Shown one piece after another: positions 1-13,329 of a stretch of 64,000 nt of DNA. The position numbers were made by a program, and so were the translations under genes. The stretch comes from Lingula anatina (taxonomy: Eukaryota; Animalia; Brachiopoda): NCBI GenBank assembly GCA_051362555.1, contig CM120642.1, positions 21,762,001 through 21,826,000 on the forward strand, given 5' to 3'. The notes below the pieces were generated by a model that was not told the DNA's origin, made no database searches, and saw nothing but the letters and a program-made list of their open reading frames with translations. Position 1 is the first letter of the stretch. Every line of letters begins with the position of its first letter.

Positions 1-499
1 TATATAAAGTCATAAAGAGAACGGGGCCGTCGTTTTGGATTGTTATGCAATTGATATTGGGCATGGAGATATCCACTTTTTTACAATTATGCGAAAGGCT
101 GGCGGCGGCCAGCAATTATCGCCCGGAAAATTTCAGTGACATTCTGTCTAAAGCAGCACATACCAGGTTTTTTGTAGCGAAAAAAGGGTCGACAGGGCGT
201 CGAGGTATTCGGTGGGCTGTAGGTCGGTCAGGCCACCCGACAGTTTGGCTGCTTCGTGTGAGTCGAAGTAGACCAAATGGCATCGACTGAAATGACCTTT
301 TATAGATTTGGTAGTATTAAGCATATCATTCAAGTTTGCATCATTTTGTAACATTTCTGTGTAGTGTTCATAATGCTTTAATATTCTGAGAGTACAAATA
401 AAGACATGCTGTTTGATTGATATTTGTTTTATTGATTGTTATACCAACAAAATGCATGAAATAACCCTAAATAGATTGGGTAATATGCAGCATGTCTAT

Positions 500-655
500 C
501 AGGCCCGTAGCCAGCAATTTCAAAAGGAGGGGGGGATCTTTTTTTGAAAAAGTGGGCCATTTTCCATAAAAACTTAATGTATCTAGATATAATTTTACCT
601 AGAGTGGACCTTTTCCCAGCAAAAGGGGTGGTTCTTTCAAACCCCCTAGTTAGTT
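500..655. mobile_element. Degenerate CAGGCCCGTA-type MITE (same family as 14039-14177)
   Basis: Starts CAGGCCCGTAGCCAG and shares internal gaaaaagtgg and accccct motifs with 14039-14177; right TIR decayed. Confidence 0.55.
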
Positions 656-659
656 TGAT

Positions 660-818
660 ATGTGTTTCTGTGGTAAATTTGTGTTTCCAGCTGTGTACTG
701 ACGGCATTCCTTCACTTAAGCAGCACTTTTTTTTTTGGACTGTTTTTTTTTTTCGCCCTCTCGCACCGATTTTGGGGTCCCCAGAGGATGTCATCCATAA
801 AAATAAAAAAGTGTGGCC
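660..818. mobile_element. Right arm of a PIF/Harbinger-like MITE (family of 11865-12354)
   Basis: Ends ...tcatccataaaaataaaaaagtgtggcc|TAA; alignable by eye to 12235-12354. Confidence 0.5.
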
Positions 819-1515
819 TAATAATGATTTAGGGGAACGGAAACTGTTTGAAAAAGTCACCAGTTCTCTTGTGACATATAAATTTGATAAGTCGTCTTCA
901 TATTTGGCCATTTGTTTCCAGGGAAATTCAAGTCCTATCATCTCGAATTAGATGATCATAAGAACATGAACAAAACGATGCTTGATTTTTAATTTTTCGA
1001 TAAATTATGGTGTATATGTAAAATATGCTATGTCGACTGGAAAAACACTTGAACTGGCAGATACATTAAGTGAGCTTTACCAGGCTTTATAATCACTTTT
1101 CAGACAGCAAACGTTTCCATGACTCCTTATGAGTGTTATACTGTTATACATGTATAAAAGGGCATGAGATTCGTGTCTTTGGAAGTATACTTCGAGCGGT
1201 TTATTTTTTCCGTATTTTTCCATACAATTTTTTAGGTTATTCCCAAGTTATCGCAAATAATCAGTGAGCCCCCTTAAAATCCTCTTCCACGTATACTACA
1301 AGAAGACTCGCTCCAACTAAGCTTATTAAAATGAGTTACGACTTTCAGAGTTACACAGTGACAAGTACGAGGGGGTGTGGCTGAATTTTAGTTGGCCCAA
1401 GTAGAAAGCCAGCAAGAGGTCCTCTATACCGGCAAACGCACAACTTCCTTTGCTCTCCTTGACGAAATTTTCTAAAGAAGACATCTGCTATAGTGGTGTC
1501 TGAACATAAAACACT

Positions 1516-2056
1516 CAGGCCTACCCAACTACCAGACTCGGCACCTAAGGATCCTGAATTAACCGGTTTATCGGACCACGCTACCCGTTTTCAAGGTGTG
1601 TGTCATTTCGGAGTATCATACCCCAGAACAAATTTTGTAGCACGACTGCGGGCTCATCCACGCTCGGCTGAACAACCTTAAACTGAACTCTTACTTTAGA
1701 GTACTCTATTTAGTCTCCATGGGGATATATGGGGACTTTACGACATTCGGTTTGAATGTTTTAACCACTTTTGATAGGGCTTTTTTGCATTGTATTAGAT
1801 TAATGTGGCAGTCTAAGGTTCATCTAGGTGGCTTTCAAATTTACGCACCCGGTTTTAAAATCATAAAGCGATTTTACGACAATCTTTTACTATCCAATCA
1901 AGGTAACAGCCGAGCATGCCAGGGCTCATCCTGTCGGTGTTCTGGCTGATACTCCGAAATGCGATCTGACACACACCTTGAAAACGGGTAGTGTGGTCCG
2001 ATATACCGGTTAATTCAGGATCCTTAGTTGCCGAGTCTGGTAGTTGGGTAGGCCTG
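1516..2056. mobile_element. 541-bp non-autonomous TIR transposon with 5-bp TSD (hAT5-like)
   Basis: Long TIRs CAGGCCTACCCAACTACCAGACTCGGC... and ...GCCGAGTCTGGTAGTTGGGTAGGCCTG (about 100 bp or more, few mismatches); ACACT duplicated at 1511-1515 and 2057-2061. Confidence 0.9.
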
Positions 2057-2178
2057 ACACTGGGAGTACAACGACATCACATCAAATTTTCTCGTGAAAC
2101 ATTTCAAGCAGTCCAGTTGCTTGCTTCTGAAGGACCACGGGCGGCTCAGACATTGTTCTCTTAATGTTCTAGTCTGTA

Positions 2179-5100
2179 GGGGAGACCGGGGCTAGTTGGA
2201 CCCCGGGGTAAGTTGGCCCCCCCCCGTCAATTTATGAAAAAGTAACTACGAGGTAAAAAAATTGGCCACATACTCTTGTAAAGTGACCGTAGCCTACAAT
2301 ACTTAGGAAGTGTCGTACGTTAAAGAGTTTTACTTAAGCGGTGAGTCTAAATGAACGATTTTTGCACCTAAAAGTAATTTTGTTTAAGAGAATTAAAAAT
2401 CTATTTTCATAGGCTTTTAATGAAATATAATATATGTATAGGGCATCAAACTGAAGCTCAGTGTTTCAAGTTTCACAGAGATATATCATCGTTGCTCATT
2501 CTAGCATCATAAATGGCTGCCATCCTTTAAAATAAAAAAGGTGCACCCGGGGCTAGTTGGCCCCCTAGACTCGGGGCAAGTTGGACCCTCATGTTACCCA
2601 CACTCCTTTGCGCGCAACGCTGTTTGAAATAAACAAGTTGGTGAAATTGACAAAGCTTGCCGGTGTTTACCGTCTGATTGATTTTATTAGGATTCCCCAT
2701 AGGGGAATACTATTGTTTCTGGTATTATTATTATTAGGATTCCCCATAGGGGAATACTATTGTTTTTGGTAGTATTATAGTTAGGATTCCCCGTAGGGGA
2801 ATACTATTGTTTTTGGTAGTATTATAGTTATTTTTATTATTCTTTCCGCGCGTTTTTTTTTTTGCGAAAAATCTGAAATAATTTACATAGGTAGCCTATG
2901 GTAAGAATATGCCATAGACCCAATTTCAGTGACCTTGACCTACTTTTCAAGGTCACAGAGGCTTTTAAAGGCAAAATTTGTAAAATTTGAAATTGACATT
3001 AGGCCTTAAGTGTAAGCCGTATGGCTATGGGCCTTATAGTCAATTATACTGAGGTGAATCCACATGTAATGACCTACTTTTATGCAAGTAGGTCAAGGTC
3101 AAGGTCGATAATGGCCAAACAGGCTCAAAAAAGGTTTGTTTCCGAGATCTCAAAAACAGGACGTCCCAGAGCCCAGATCATAGTGGCAAATGATGCCCTA
3201 TATATTTATCTAAAGTTAACCGTACTTTGGTAGCGACTGCTTAATTACTTTTTTTAATATAGATTTTTAAATATTTATGACATTGCAGAAATCTTGAGTT
3301 TGGCAGTTTCTCCATGAAACACTGGTTTTTGGTCATAGCATGGTATAGTAAACTACCCCAAACATATACCCAAAACCCCCAAATCAAATGTCAAATTTGA
3401 CCTTGACCCTCATTTTCAAGGTCATTCGGCTATTTCATGGAGAAATATTGAAGTGGGCTAAAAGTGATGTTTTGTTGACTCCCCCCCCCCCCAATTTGCA
3501 CATGCTCTTTCAGAATATTGGATCAAATTTAACCCATGACTTTCACATGACCTTGTAAGAGCATTTTTACACCTATTTTGCAGGGGAATCCTCCGCCACT
3601 GGCTTTAGCCAGTTGCAGTCTAGTTATTATTCTTTCCGCGCGTTTTTTTTTCGCAAAAAATCTGAAATAATTATCATAAGTAGCCCATGGCAAGAATATG
3701 CCACAGAACCAGTTTCAGTGCCCTTGACCTACTTTTCAAGGTCACAGGGGCTTTGAAAGGCAAAATTTGTAAAATTTGAAATTGCCATTATGCCTAAAGT
3801 ATAAGTCCTATGGCTAATGGCCTCATGGCCAATGATACTGAGCTAAATCCCCAGATGTTGACCTACTTTTATGCAAGTAAGTCAAGGTCAAGGTCGCTAA
3901 TGGCCAAACGGGCTCAAAAAAGATTTGTTTCCAAGATCTCAAAAACCGGAAGGCCCAGAGACCCAATCATAGTGGCAAATGATGCCCTATATATTTATCT
4001 AAGGTTAGCCCTATTTTGGTAGCGACTGCTTAATTACTTTTTTTAATATAGATTTTTAAATATTTATGACATTGCAGAAATCTTGAGTTTGGCATTTTCT
4101 CCATGAAACACTGGTTTTTGGTCATAGCATGCTATAGTAAACTACCCCAAACATATACCCAAAACCCCCAAATCAAATGTCAAATTTGACCTTGACCCTC
4201 ATTTTCAAGGTCATTCGGCTATTTCATGGAGAAATATTGAAGTGGGCCTAAAGTGATGTTTTGTTGACACCCCCCCAATTCGCACATGCTCTTTCAGAAT
4301 ATGGGGTCAAATTTAACCCATGACCTTCACGTGACCTTGTAAGAGCATTTCCACGCCTATTTTGCAGGGGAATCCTCCGCCACTGGCTTTAGTCAGTTGC
4401 AGTCTAGTTAGGATTCCCCATAGGGGAATACTATTGTTTTTGGTAGTATTATTATTATTAGGATTCCCCGTAGGGGAATACTATTGTTTTTGGTAGTATT
4501 ATAGTTAGGATTCCCCATAGGGGAATACTATTGTTTTTGGTAGTATTATTATTATTATAAGGATTCCCCATAGGGGAATACTATTGTTTTTGGTAGTATT
4601 ATTATTATTAGGATTCCCCATAGGGGAATACTATTGTTTTTGGTAGTATTATAGTTATTATTCTTTCCGCGCGTTTTTTTTCGCAAAAAATCTGAAATAA
4701 TTATCATAGGTAGCCCATGGCAAGAATATGCCACAGACCCAGTTTCAGTGACCTTGACCTACTTTTCAAGGTCACAGGGGCTTTTTAAGGCAAATTTTAT
4801 GAAATTTGAAATTGTCATTAGGCCCAAAGTATAAGCCATATGGCTAAGGGCCTTATGGTCAATGATACTGAGACAAATCCACAGATAATGACCTACTTTT
4901 GTGCAAGTAGGTCAAGGTCAAGGTCGCTAATAGCCAAACGGGCTCAAAAAAGGTTTGTTTCCGAGATCTCAAGAACCGGAAGGCCCAGAGCCCAGATCAT
5001 AGTGGCAAATAATGCCCTGTATATTTATCTAAGGTTAGCCCTATTTTGGTAGCGACTGCCTAATTACTTTTTTTAATATAGATTTTCAAATATTTATGAC

Positions 5101-6972
5101 ATTGCAGAAATCTTGAGTTTGGCAATTTCTCCATGAAACACTGGTTTTTGGTCATATCATGCTATAGTAAACTACCCCAAACATATACCCAACACCCCAA
5201 ATCAAATGTCAAATTTGACCTTGACCCTCATTTTCAAGGTCATTTGGCTATTTCATGGAGAAATATTGAAGTGGGCTAAAAGTGAGGTTTTGTTGACCCT
5301 CCCCCCCTCCAATTCGCATATGCTCTTTCAGAATATGGGATCAAAATTAACCCATGACCTTCACATGACCTTGTAAGAGCATTTCCACGCCTATTTTGCA
5401 GGGGAATCCTCCGCCACTGGCTTTAGCCAGTTGCAGTCTAGTTATTATTATTATTCTTTCGACGCGTTTTTTTTCGCAAAAAATCTGAAATAATTTACAT
5501 AGGTAGCCTATGGTAAGAATATGCCACAGACCCAGTTTCAGTGACCTTGACCTACTTTTCAAGGTCACAGGGGCTTTTTAAGACAAATTTTGTAAAATTT
5601 GAAATTGACATTAGGCCTTAAGTATAAGCCGTATGGCCAAGGGCCTTATGGCCAATGATACTGAGCCAAATCCACAGATAATGACCTACTTTTATGCAAG
5701 TAGGTCAAGGTCAAGGTCGCAAATGGCCAAACGGGCTCAAAAAAGGTTTGTTTCCGAGATCTCAGAAACCGGAAGGCCCAGAGCCCAGATCATAGTGGCA
5801 AATGATGCCCTATATATTTATCTAAAGTTAACCGTACTTTGGTAGCGACTGCCTAATTACTTTTTTTAATTTAGATTTTTAAATATTTATGACATTGCAG
5901 AAATCTTGAGTTTGGCAATTTCTCCCTGAAACACTGGTTTTTGGTCATAGCATGCTATAGTAAACTACCCTAAACATATACCCAACACCCCCAAATCAAA
6001 TGTCAAATATGACCTTGACCCTCATTTTCAAGGTCATTTGGCTATTTCACGGAGAAATATTAAAGTGGGCTAAAAGTGATGTTTTGTTGCCCCCCCCCCC
6101 CAATTCACACATGCTCTTTCAGAATATGGGGTCAAATTTAACCCATGACCTTCAAATGACCTTGTAAGAGCATTTCCGCACCTATTTAGTAGGGGAATCC
6201 TCCGCCACTGGCCTTAGCCAGTTGCAGTCTAGTTTAATTTGCTCTCTGTCTTTTCGAAAATTTATATTAGAAATGTTCTGTTGATTGTATGTATAAAAAA
6301 GAAAATCCATTGGACTTTCCTAAGAAAAACATTTATTTTGCCATTTTAAAGGGAATCCCCCTTTTTTTATAGTGTTATATAGGGGATTTTCCACCCCTCC
6401 CTACCTAGAGATCATTGTTCAAACAAACTCAATGGTTTAAAACTGAACTTGTTACTTTCTTTTAAAACGAAAATTTATCATTCGTTTTCATTCATTAAAA
6501 ATCTGATTTATACCATAATTAATGTATTCTTAATTAAAACAAAATTATTTTATTGATAGATATTTTGGTTCTTGCAACACATACCCCCCCCCCTACAACG
6601 TGACGTACGGAAACCTCAATAAATCTGCCTCATTTGAACTATTTATTCATCAAAGACACTCAAAAATCAATTTCATAAATTAAAAATGTATAAAAATGTA
6701 TTTCAAGGCGTTTACATGGGATACATATTTCATTTTCGTATAGGGGAGCCAACTTGCCCCGACCGTGGCGGGGCAAGTTGGCCCCCTTGACGTCAACTGC
6801 GTTTTTGTCAAATTGTGAGCCATCTGGCATTATATTTAAAAAATAATGACGTTGCATACGTAGCTTAGTTCATGGGCCTTACTTTAAAACCGGTTCTGTT
6901 ACTCTAACTCATTCCTAGTTGGCTCTACAAGGCCAAAAGTGTCTTACTGGGCCAACTAGCCCCGGTCTCCCC
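2179..6972. mobile_element. Non-autonomous Tc1/mariner-superfamily (TA-TSD) element carrying a Helentron array
   Basis: TIR GGGGAGACCGGGGCTAGTTGG...CCAACTAGCCCCGGTCTCCCC flanked by TA on both sides; internal subterminal copies of ggggc(t/a)agttgg; no transposase ORF. Confidence 0.88.
2684..6233 (+). mobile_element. Array of non-autonomous Helentron (HINE/DINE-1-like) elements: 8 heads and 4 bodies of ~790 bp
   Basis: 5' subTIR ttattAGGATTCCCC with palindrome ATTCCCCataGGGGAAT followed by (ATT)n. Each body ends GGGGAATCCT (3' subTIR), hairpin cactggc-ttta-gccagt, then CTAGTT at ~3625, 4409, 5443, 6233. Inserted in a T run with no TSD. Confidence 0.85.
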
Positions 6973-7493
6973 TATAGGTCGCAATGAAGGAAATTCAAGG
7001 AAATTCAAGTTGGGGAACAAACCATGATTTCTATATGATTTCCCATGATAAAGCCGGTGTTTTGATGATGTACAATATTACGGGAGTCTGTCCTCGTGAT
7101 AACAAATGTTTCATGTAACAGGGAGAATTACAATGCCTACGACCTGCGCCATGATAAACGAGATCTGATCGTGTTTCATAGAAATCGATCTTCAGAACCT
7201 GGTGCTAAGGCGGCCATGGTGATCGATAGGCGCATGACAGCTCTGTCTGTGACGGTGGGTTGGTTTAAGTGTGGTGACTATAGGGACTACAGGCCTTCCT
7301 GCAAGGCATTTGCTTTCAACCTGTTAAGATGCCGTGAGTTAATTTTTTTCCTGTGGGTTTCTGTATTTTTTGTGTAATGAGCATTGTAATTCTTCAGACT
7401 TGATTTTGATAAATATCTCATTTTCGATGAGGTGTATATGTTACGGTTGAGCCGACACTGTTATTCACATATAACTGTCATGTCCGTTATAAG

Positions 7494-7775
7494 TATGTGA
7501 TATGGAAGGTCTGCAAGCGACATACAATGTATCGGGCTTGATTACAACTGCAGTAATAAGGACACTGCAGTTCACCTCTCCTTGGTATAAAATCACCTTC
7601 AAAATATTCGACTGGATAGGATGTGTAGCTGGGTGTGAGATGATGAAGAATGATGAAGAATCTGAGTGCTATATTCTGGTATTTGTCACCCTCCAAGGAC
7701 TGGTGTTGTGAACGCAACAGCACTACCCTCTCTAAGTAACTCGTCAATGCTGGGCCAGGGTTATTTTGTTAGGGT
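7494..7775 (+). pseudogene. Frameshifted exon encoding a PAN/Apple-like cysteine domain
   Basis: After acceptor-like ttataag. Removing a 10-bp tandem duplication (tgatgaagaa x2, 7641-7660) gives ...FDWIGCVAGCEMMKNLSAIFWYLSPSKDWCCERNSTTLSK*LVNAGPG, resembling the PAN CxxxC...CELN pattern. Recognised by eye only. Confidence 0.35.
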
Positions 7776-10279
7776 ATAAAATGAAACAATGTCCCACACA
7801 ACCGGCAGTTTTACAGAATTATTAAACCCCATTCTACCTCTCATTTAAATATTGTCTTGATTTAATTTGGTTAGATAAGAAAAGGAAGACAGCATGTGGC
7901 CCTCAATGTTCTAAGTCATTTCTGAACTATGGGCGGAGTCTGGAGAGCTATAACAAGAATCAAATGTCGATAACGTTCAGCAGACGAGATCAATCGGCGC
8001 TCATTAGTTTACGTCGTCTGCGGACAAAGATCAATAACAGCGTCCGATGAATTTTGAACGTTTGCGGCCAGGGCACAGAGAGGAGACTGAGGTGAAAGCA
8101 CTGTTACTAGAAGTATATAATTTAGTAGGCTACACACACTATATTAACGGGGAAATATATCAACGACAGTTGCACGTTGGGTTATCATATTGCTGAGTGT
8201 ATCGTGACTTAGGTCAGTTGAGAGCCTCACAAGTGCTAAACGCGACAGTGTTACAAAATAGACCTGGTCAGTGACGATCAAACTTTCACATATCGTTCAT
8301 GCATTGGTTCAAACGGTTAGTTTTAACAATGGAACTATTCAAACATCCTCGTGTCTGCATATAGCCTGGACGTTCAGGTGAAATTGTTCCAGTTTGCGTG
8401 TGCTGCAATACTAGTATGCTGCTACCCGAGAAGGCTCTTCTCTCTCCTCTCTCTCTCAGTCCGTAGGCAGAACGTCGTAGACTCATACCCGCTTGCAGAG
8501 TATTCATATGGCGTGCACATTTAATTAAAATATGCCTGACTCTCATTCACCTCAACCTCTCTATTTACAATCACTTATATGTCTGCAGGTGTGTTATACA
8601 GTATCTTTTATGGGCAACGCGAATGTTTTAACATGGACACTTTTCTATATTTTATTTTAAATTTTTAAAACACTTAAATAAAGATACATGTCGCCATATC
8701 TTAATAGGCATATATGGTGCAAGCTATGGGAAGTTGCTCCTTGGCGGGGACACTTTTCACTGAGAATTTTATTAAACGAGTCTTTTTTGTCTAGTTTGTG
8801 GCATCATGACGTGAATCTTGGTGGTTTTTAATATAGGATATATTCCTGTGGTTGAGAACTGTCGGTGTTAATAGTACGTATTCCTTATGCTTTCAGATCA
8901 ATAAATCACTTTCCCTTTACTCACATACTAGAATAAATCAATGTAATAAAACAATAATGTTTGTGGGCCTGCTGCTGTCAAGTTAAACGTGTTTAGCGTT
9001 CATTATTCATCGTACGTGACTTTTCTGTTTGTTCAGCAAATCACCTCAGACGCGAAGGCCAAGACGCTGAACTCCTGTTAGGTGTCAGCCTTTCGCAGTT
9101 ATTGCGTGGTTATTGCCAGTTGAAAACTATACCCAATACCCCGTGATGACGCCGTGAAATATCGACATAATTTGCATAATTTTTGAACCCCTCTACAGGG
9201 GCTAAGAGCAACTTACATCCAAACCTTCCTCCATCTCTCTGTTCATATTAGGGGTGAACATTTTTTTTTCAAATTTTGTCGCTGTTTCCCTAGACCATTA
9301 TCACTGCAATATTTGATCCCCCCAACGAACATTTATTTTGAAATATCGATGGTGGCACAATGTTTGAACGCCTCTACCTGGGCAACAAATAAATGACTAG
9401 TTGTGTCAGTACAGGGCCTCCGTGTGCTAATGCAGAATAATGAGCACTAAGCTCGACTGTGACAATCTTGAAGACGTATCTTGGGCTGGAGTTTTAAGTT
9501 GAGTAAATTCATTCATAATGTTCTGTGTGGCCAGTAGAAACACTTTTTTGCCAGCTACAAAATTGTGCCAGTTAATGCGCCCTGCCATCAGGTTGACCCG
9601 TACGTGCTGTGGCTGTATTCATAAGTCACCACAATAAACACATCTCGATGGTTCACACGAATCGCTGATCAATGGTCTCTATACGACTGCGTTTTTTTTT
9701 TTTAATTTTTAAAAATGTTTCTCTTATTTTATTCAGTTTTTGTAAGCGCATTTAATCTGTTTAGGCTGTATAACTTTGAGTACGCTACTGGTCACTGCAT
9801 AATCCCCCACTTAGTTAAATGTTTATCAATATATTCTACTGAAAACCTGGAAGTGTTTACACGTGAACCTTGCTGTGAACACAGTGATCGATAGTATAAC
9901 AGCACATTACGGTACAAAGGAAACAAGTGAGAGAAATCGATCGGACTTTAAACTCGAAGAATAAAAGACAGTGTGCGGCACGGCAAAAAGGCTGTAGCAT
10001 AATTATTTTTAAGTCACTTCTTGCCAAAAAATGTGTCAGGTATAACTTTTTAAAGTTCATTTTATATTAAACGATGTACAACATTTGTTTTTATAAACTT
10101 TATGGATTCTGTAATCAGTTTGTTTGAATTTTTATTTACATGAAACTAAAACCATGTTACTGCATGCGATACATTTTTTCTATGGGACGAGGGCGTTGCC
10201 TTGGATCGATCAAGGGCAGATCGAAATAAGCCGAAGCAATAACATTGAAGCTATCCATTGGCAAATTTATATCTTATAA

Positions 10280-10282
<3 letters not shown>

Positions 10283-10330
<48 letters not shown>
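10283..10330. repeat. (TA)n microsatellite
   Basis: Pure TA run. Confidence 0.95.
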
Positions 10331-10331
<1 letters not shown>

Positions 10332-11864
10332 CACACATTTTATCACTTAATATCGTAGACCTATTTTCTGAAAACTATTCGATTTTCTTTTTTTCTTTCC
10401 GAAGTGCAAACCATATCTGGAGTATATAACACCAAAATATATTTCTGGTTAAAATTATTATCGAACGCACGTGTTATGACCGTCTCTAGCAAACTGTTCA
10501 CTTGCTATATCACATAATATAGTGTGTCAGGAGAAATGCGTGTATTTTGATACCTATAAAATTTTTCAACTGCGAAAAATCAGGCTATGCAGACATTTTT
10601 TTTTTTTTTTTGGGGGGGGGGGGGTGATCGTAAAGTAAGAACGTGGTATGTCTTTGATGCAAAGTCGGCGTGGGACCCAGCAGTGCATCTTGAAGGCACT
10701 GCCGGCCAGGGACAGGTTATGTCGGCCGGAGGTTTTACTCTGAAGTCAGACCATATAGAAAACTTATGGAAGTTCAGTATGTGCATAGCGGGTCCTTGGC
10801 GACGACGTACTGAACATGCATGACAGGTTCGCCGGACACCAGGCTAAATGATGTAAACAGATATATGAATATTTTTTATCATTTGGTCGTGTTAAGTTAC
10901 AGAGCATGCGCTGATTTAGTACGGATTAAAGTTCAAACCCTTGACCCTGAAATACAGCTAGGTTCCGGCGGAGTTCAAACAGGGCAAATTAATTACAATT
11001 AACTTATGACCTAAATCTCAGCCACCGCAAGGCCAAAGTACCTCTACGATTTTAGACTCGTCACCAGATCTCCTTTTCTGTCAACTGAAAGGGGTGTACC
11101 TTCAATTACCTAAATTATCTAAATTAATTACTCTACCGAGACTCTTGGTTTCTCTTCCGTAATTGTGAATATTTTTTAAAGACAGAGACGAATTGTATAA
11201 CACTGCCGTGCTATAATTTATTTCTTCAGGGAACGAATATGATTTATCGATATTTTTTATAAATTTTATCTTAATTTACATTGTCTATTGGAATTTAGCC
11301 GTTTACTTTACAGTTTGAGAGATAAAGAATGATACCAGTAGGTTACTGTGACGGGACTTAAGTTCATTGCAGAAAAAATTGGGGTAGGGAAAGAAAATCG
11401 TTAAGAGATAAGGTCTAAGGAAAATATAACATTGGTTTATATATCATTGTGTTGTTGAAGGATTGCTTTAAACATACCAAAAAAAGAAAGTTCTGCAACA
11501 TTGAATCATCCATTAATAAAATAAGGTCAAGTGAGAAATAAGGTTAAACTTGAGCCTTTCAAGAAAATAACCCAATAAAATACATTCGACCAGATAATGT
11601 GAAACATGAATATGTTTCTTTAGTGTTTTTAAACTTTGTGTCTATTTGAATGATTTAATTTGGTTTTAGGAGTTTATTTTACAGCAAGCGTAATTTTTTA
11701 CTGATACTAGTAGTGCAAATTTCAGGATTTAATGGGGTTTTGGGAGTGTTTTGTATATAGTAGGTAATTTCTAATTGATACAAGAACTGCACATCGGTTA
11801 AGTTCCATTGCTAAAAAATGGATGTTGGGGAGAAAAACTCCATTCCAATTGATATTTATTCTAA

Positions 11865-12354
11865 CACCACTCTGACTTATTTTTTATGGATGACGTCTGC
11901 GTGCTCATTTATTAATGCCTGTAATAAAGAAAGAAAGAAAGAAACTATACAAGAGACTGGCAGTGGTGAGCGACTATCATTCAGACAGCTTCGAAGACGC
12001 TCTATCCACACGTACATTTTTACATCATTGAGAGAAATTAGAGGAATTGGAGGAAAATGCTGGCCTGAAGGTTGGACAGGCCATTTGCCAGTTGGGTTGC
12101 TCTGTCCGAATTGAAGTGGACAAAAGTGGAACAAATGAAGTTTGATACTCTGAGATAAAGCAGATGACTTCTGACTCTTTAGTGTTCTCCAATAAAAATG
12201 TTTTGTTTGTTTGATACACTGGGGTTCCATTTGTGTAATTTCTGTGTGTAATTTTAGCTGTGCGTTCGTCTACTTTAGCGGCATTTTTTCGCCCTCTTGC
12301 ATCAGTTTCGATGTCTCCAGATGAAGTCATACATGAAATTAATTGACTGTGGCC
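11865..12354. mobile_element. Degenerate PIF/Harbinger-like MITE
   Basis: TAA on both sides; left end ttatttttatggatgac is the inverted counterpart of right end gtcatacatgaaatt...tgtggcc; homologous to 660-818. Confidence 0.5.
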
Positions 12355-12363
12355 TAATAGTTC

Positions 12364-12600
12364 AGCCTAGATTACATATACACAGGCGCCGTGCGATGAA
12401 ATTGTCCGTACGATTTTTTTGAAATGGTAAGGAGCTACGGGCTACGTCGAGTATGTCTACATTACATGGTCTTAAACCAGTAGATTTCGTGCCATTTCGC
12501 ACGGCCACCATCTACCTCCGCTCAGACGCCGTGCGAAAAGGGTATTACGGGCAGCATACGTGCACCGTACGGGCATCGCATTTCAAATGTAATCTAGGAT
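12364..12600. mobile_element. PIF/Harbinger-like MITE
   Basis: TIRs agCCTAGATTACAT...ATGTAATCTAGGat; TTA on the right flank. Confidence 0.7.
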
Positions 12601-12852
12601 TTAATTACAGATTATATTCCTATGTTTAGATCCATCCCTGAGCTGCAGGTGGTAGACAATACATATACGATATACTTGAATGCATGGTAACTGTGCGGTC
12701 TTACCAGGGAGAAAACATGGACGAGTTGCTTAGAATGTCTGAAAATATATAAGTGAATGCAAAATAATTTAATCAAAATCATTGTAAAGCTAGAATTAAT
12801 ACTGGAAATTATTTTATATAAAATTTGATAAATATATTTTGGAAAATTTAAG

Positions 12853-12972
12853 TTACAAAAGGACTGAGCCTGCAGTATTTGTTCTTTGGGTCTGTCTCAA
12901 CATGATTGTGACGTTGTCCGCTAGTTTCATCATATTGTGCTTGCGGAGACAGCAATGCAAAAAGATAGTCAG
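12853..12972 (+). other. Candidate transmembrane-coding exon
   Basis: 120-nt open segment YKRTEPAVFVLWVCLNMIVTLSASFIILCLRRQQCKKIVR (hydrophobic helix plus basic stop-transfer residues); donor AG|GTAGGG; acceptor weak. Confidence 0.35.
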
Positions 12973-13329
12973 GTAGGGACAAGATGTCCACGTGCGACCC
13001 CTTGCAAAACAATTGGAGCTTGTGTTTTCTTTATCCTTGATGTTTAATTTTGTTATTTTTATGTCTTCCCAGAACAAAAAACTGTGTCATACGGCTTTAC
13101 TTTAATGTCATGTGGGTTGAATGGGCGTATTTTAAAACATGACACGTGGTAGGGGGTTACCGTGATACCTTTCTAAGAGATGAAATAGAAAGGAACAAGG
13201 GTTTATAGAACACTGTATTGCTGAAGGAATGATCTTAACATAAAACTATTGCATGATATCTTAGGAAAATCTTATATCATAGTATAACATTGCATGATAT
13301 CTTAGGAAAATTAGGTTAAAGTTCAGTCT

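Noticed and set aside
828-1277. Kolobok-like element (ttagggg...ccccttaa)
   Set aside because: The terminal match is only a few bases and the left TTAA is imperfect.
4408-4660. CRISPR-like array of palindromic ~35-bp repeats (also 2684-2830)
   Set aside because: The gaps are only (ATT)n variants with no unique spacers, there are no cas genes, and the repeats are Helentron 5' heads.
3021-5845. Four paralogous 70-aa ORFs
   Set aside because: They lie within the HINE bodies, SRSRS merely reflects ggtcaa repeats, and there is no domain or other coding evidence.
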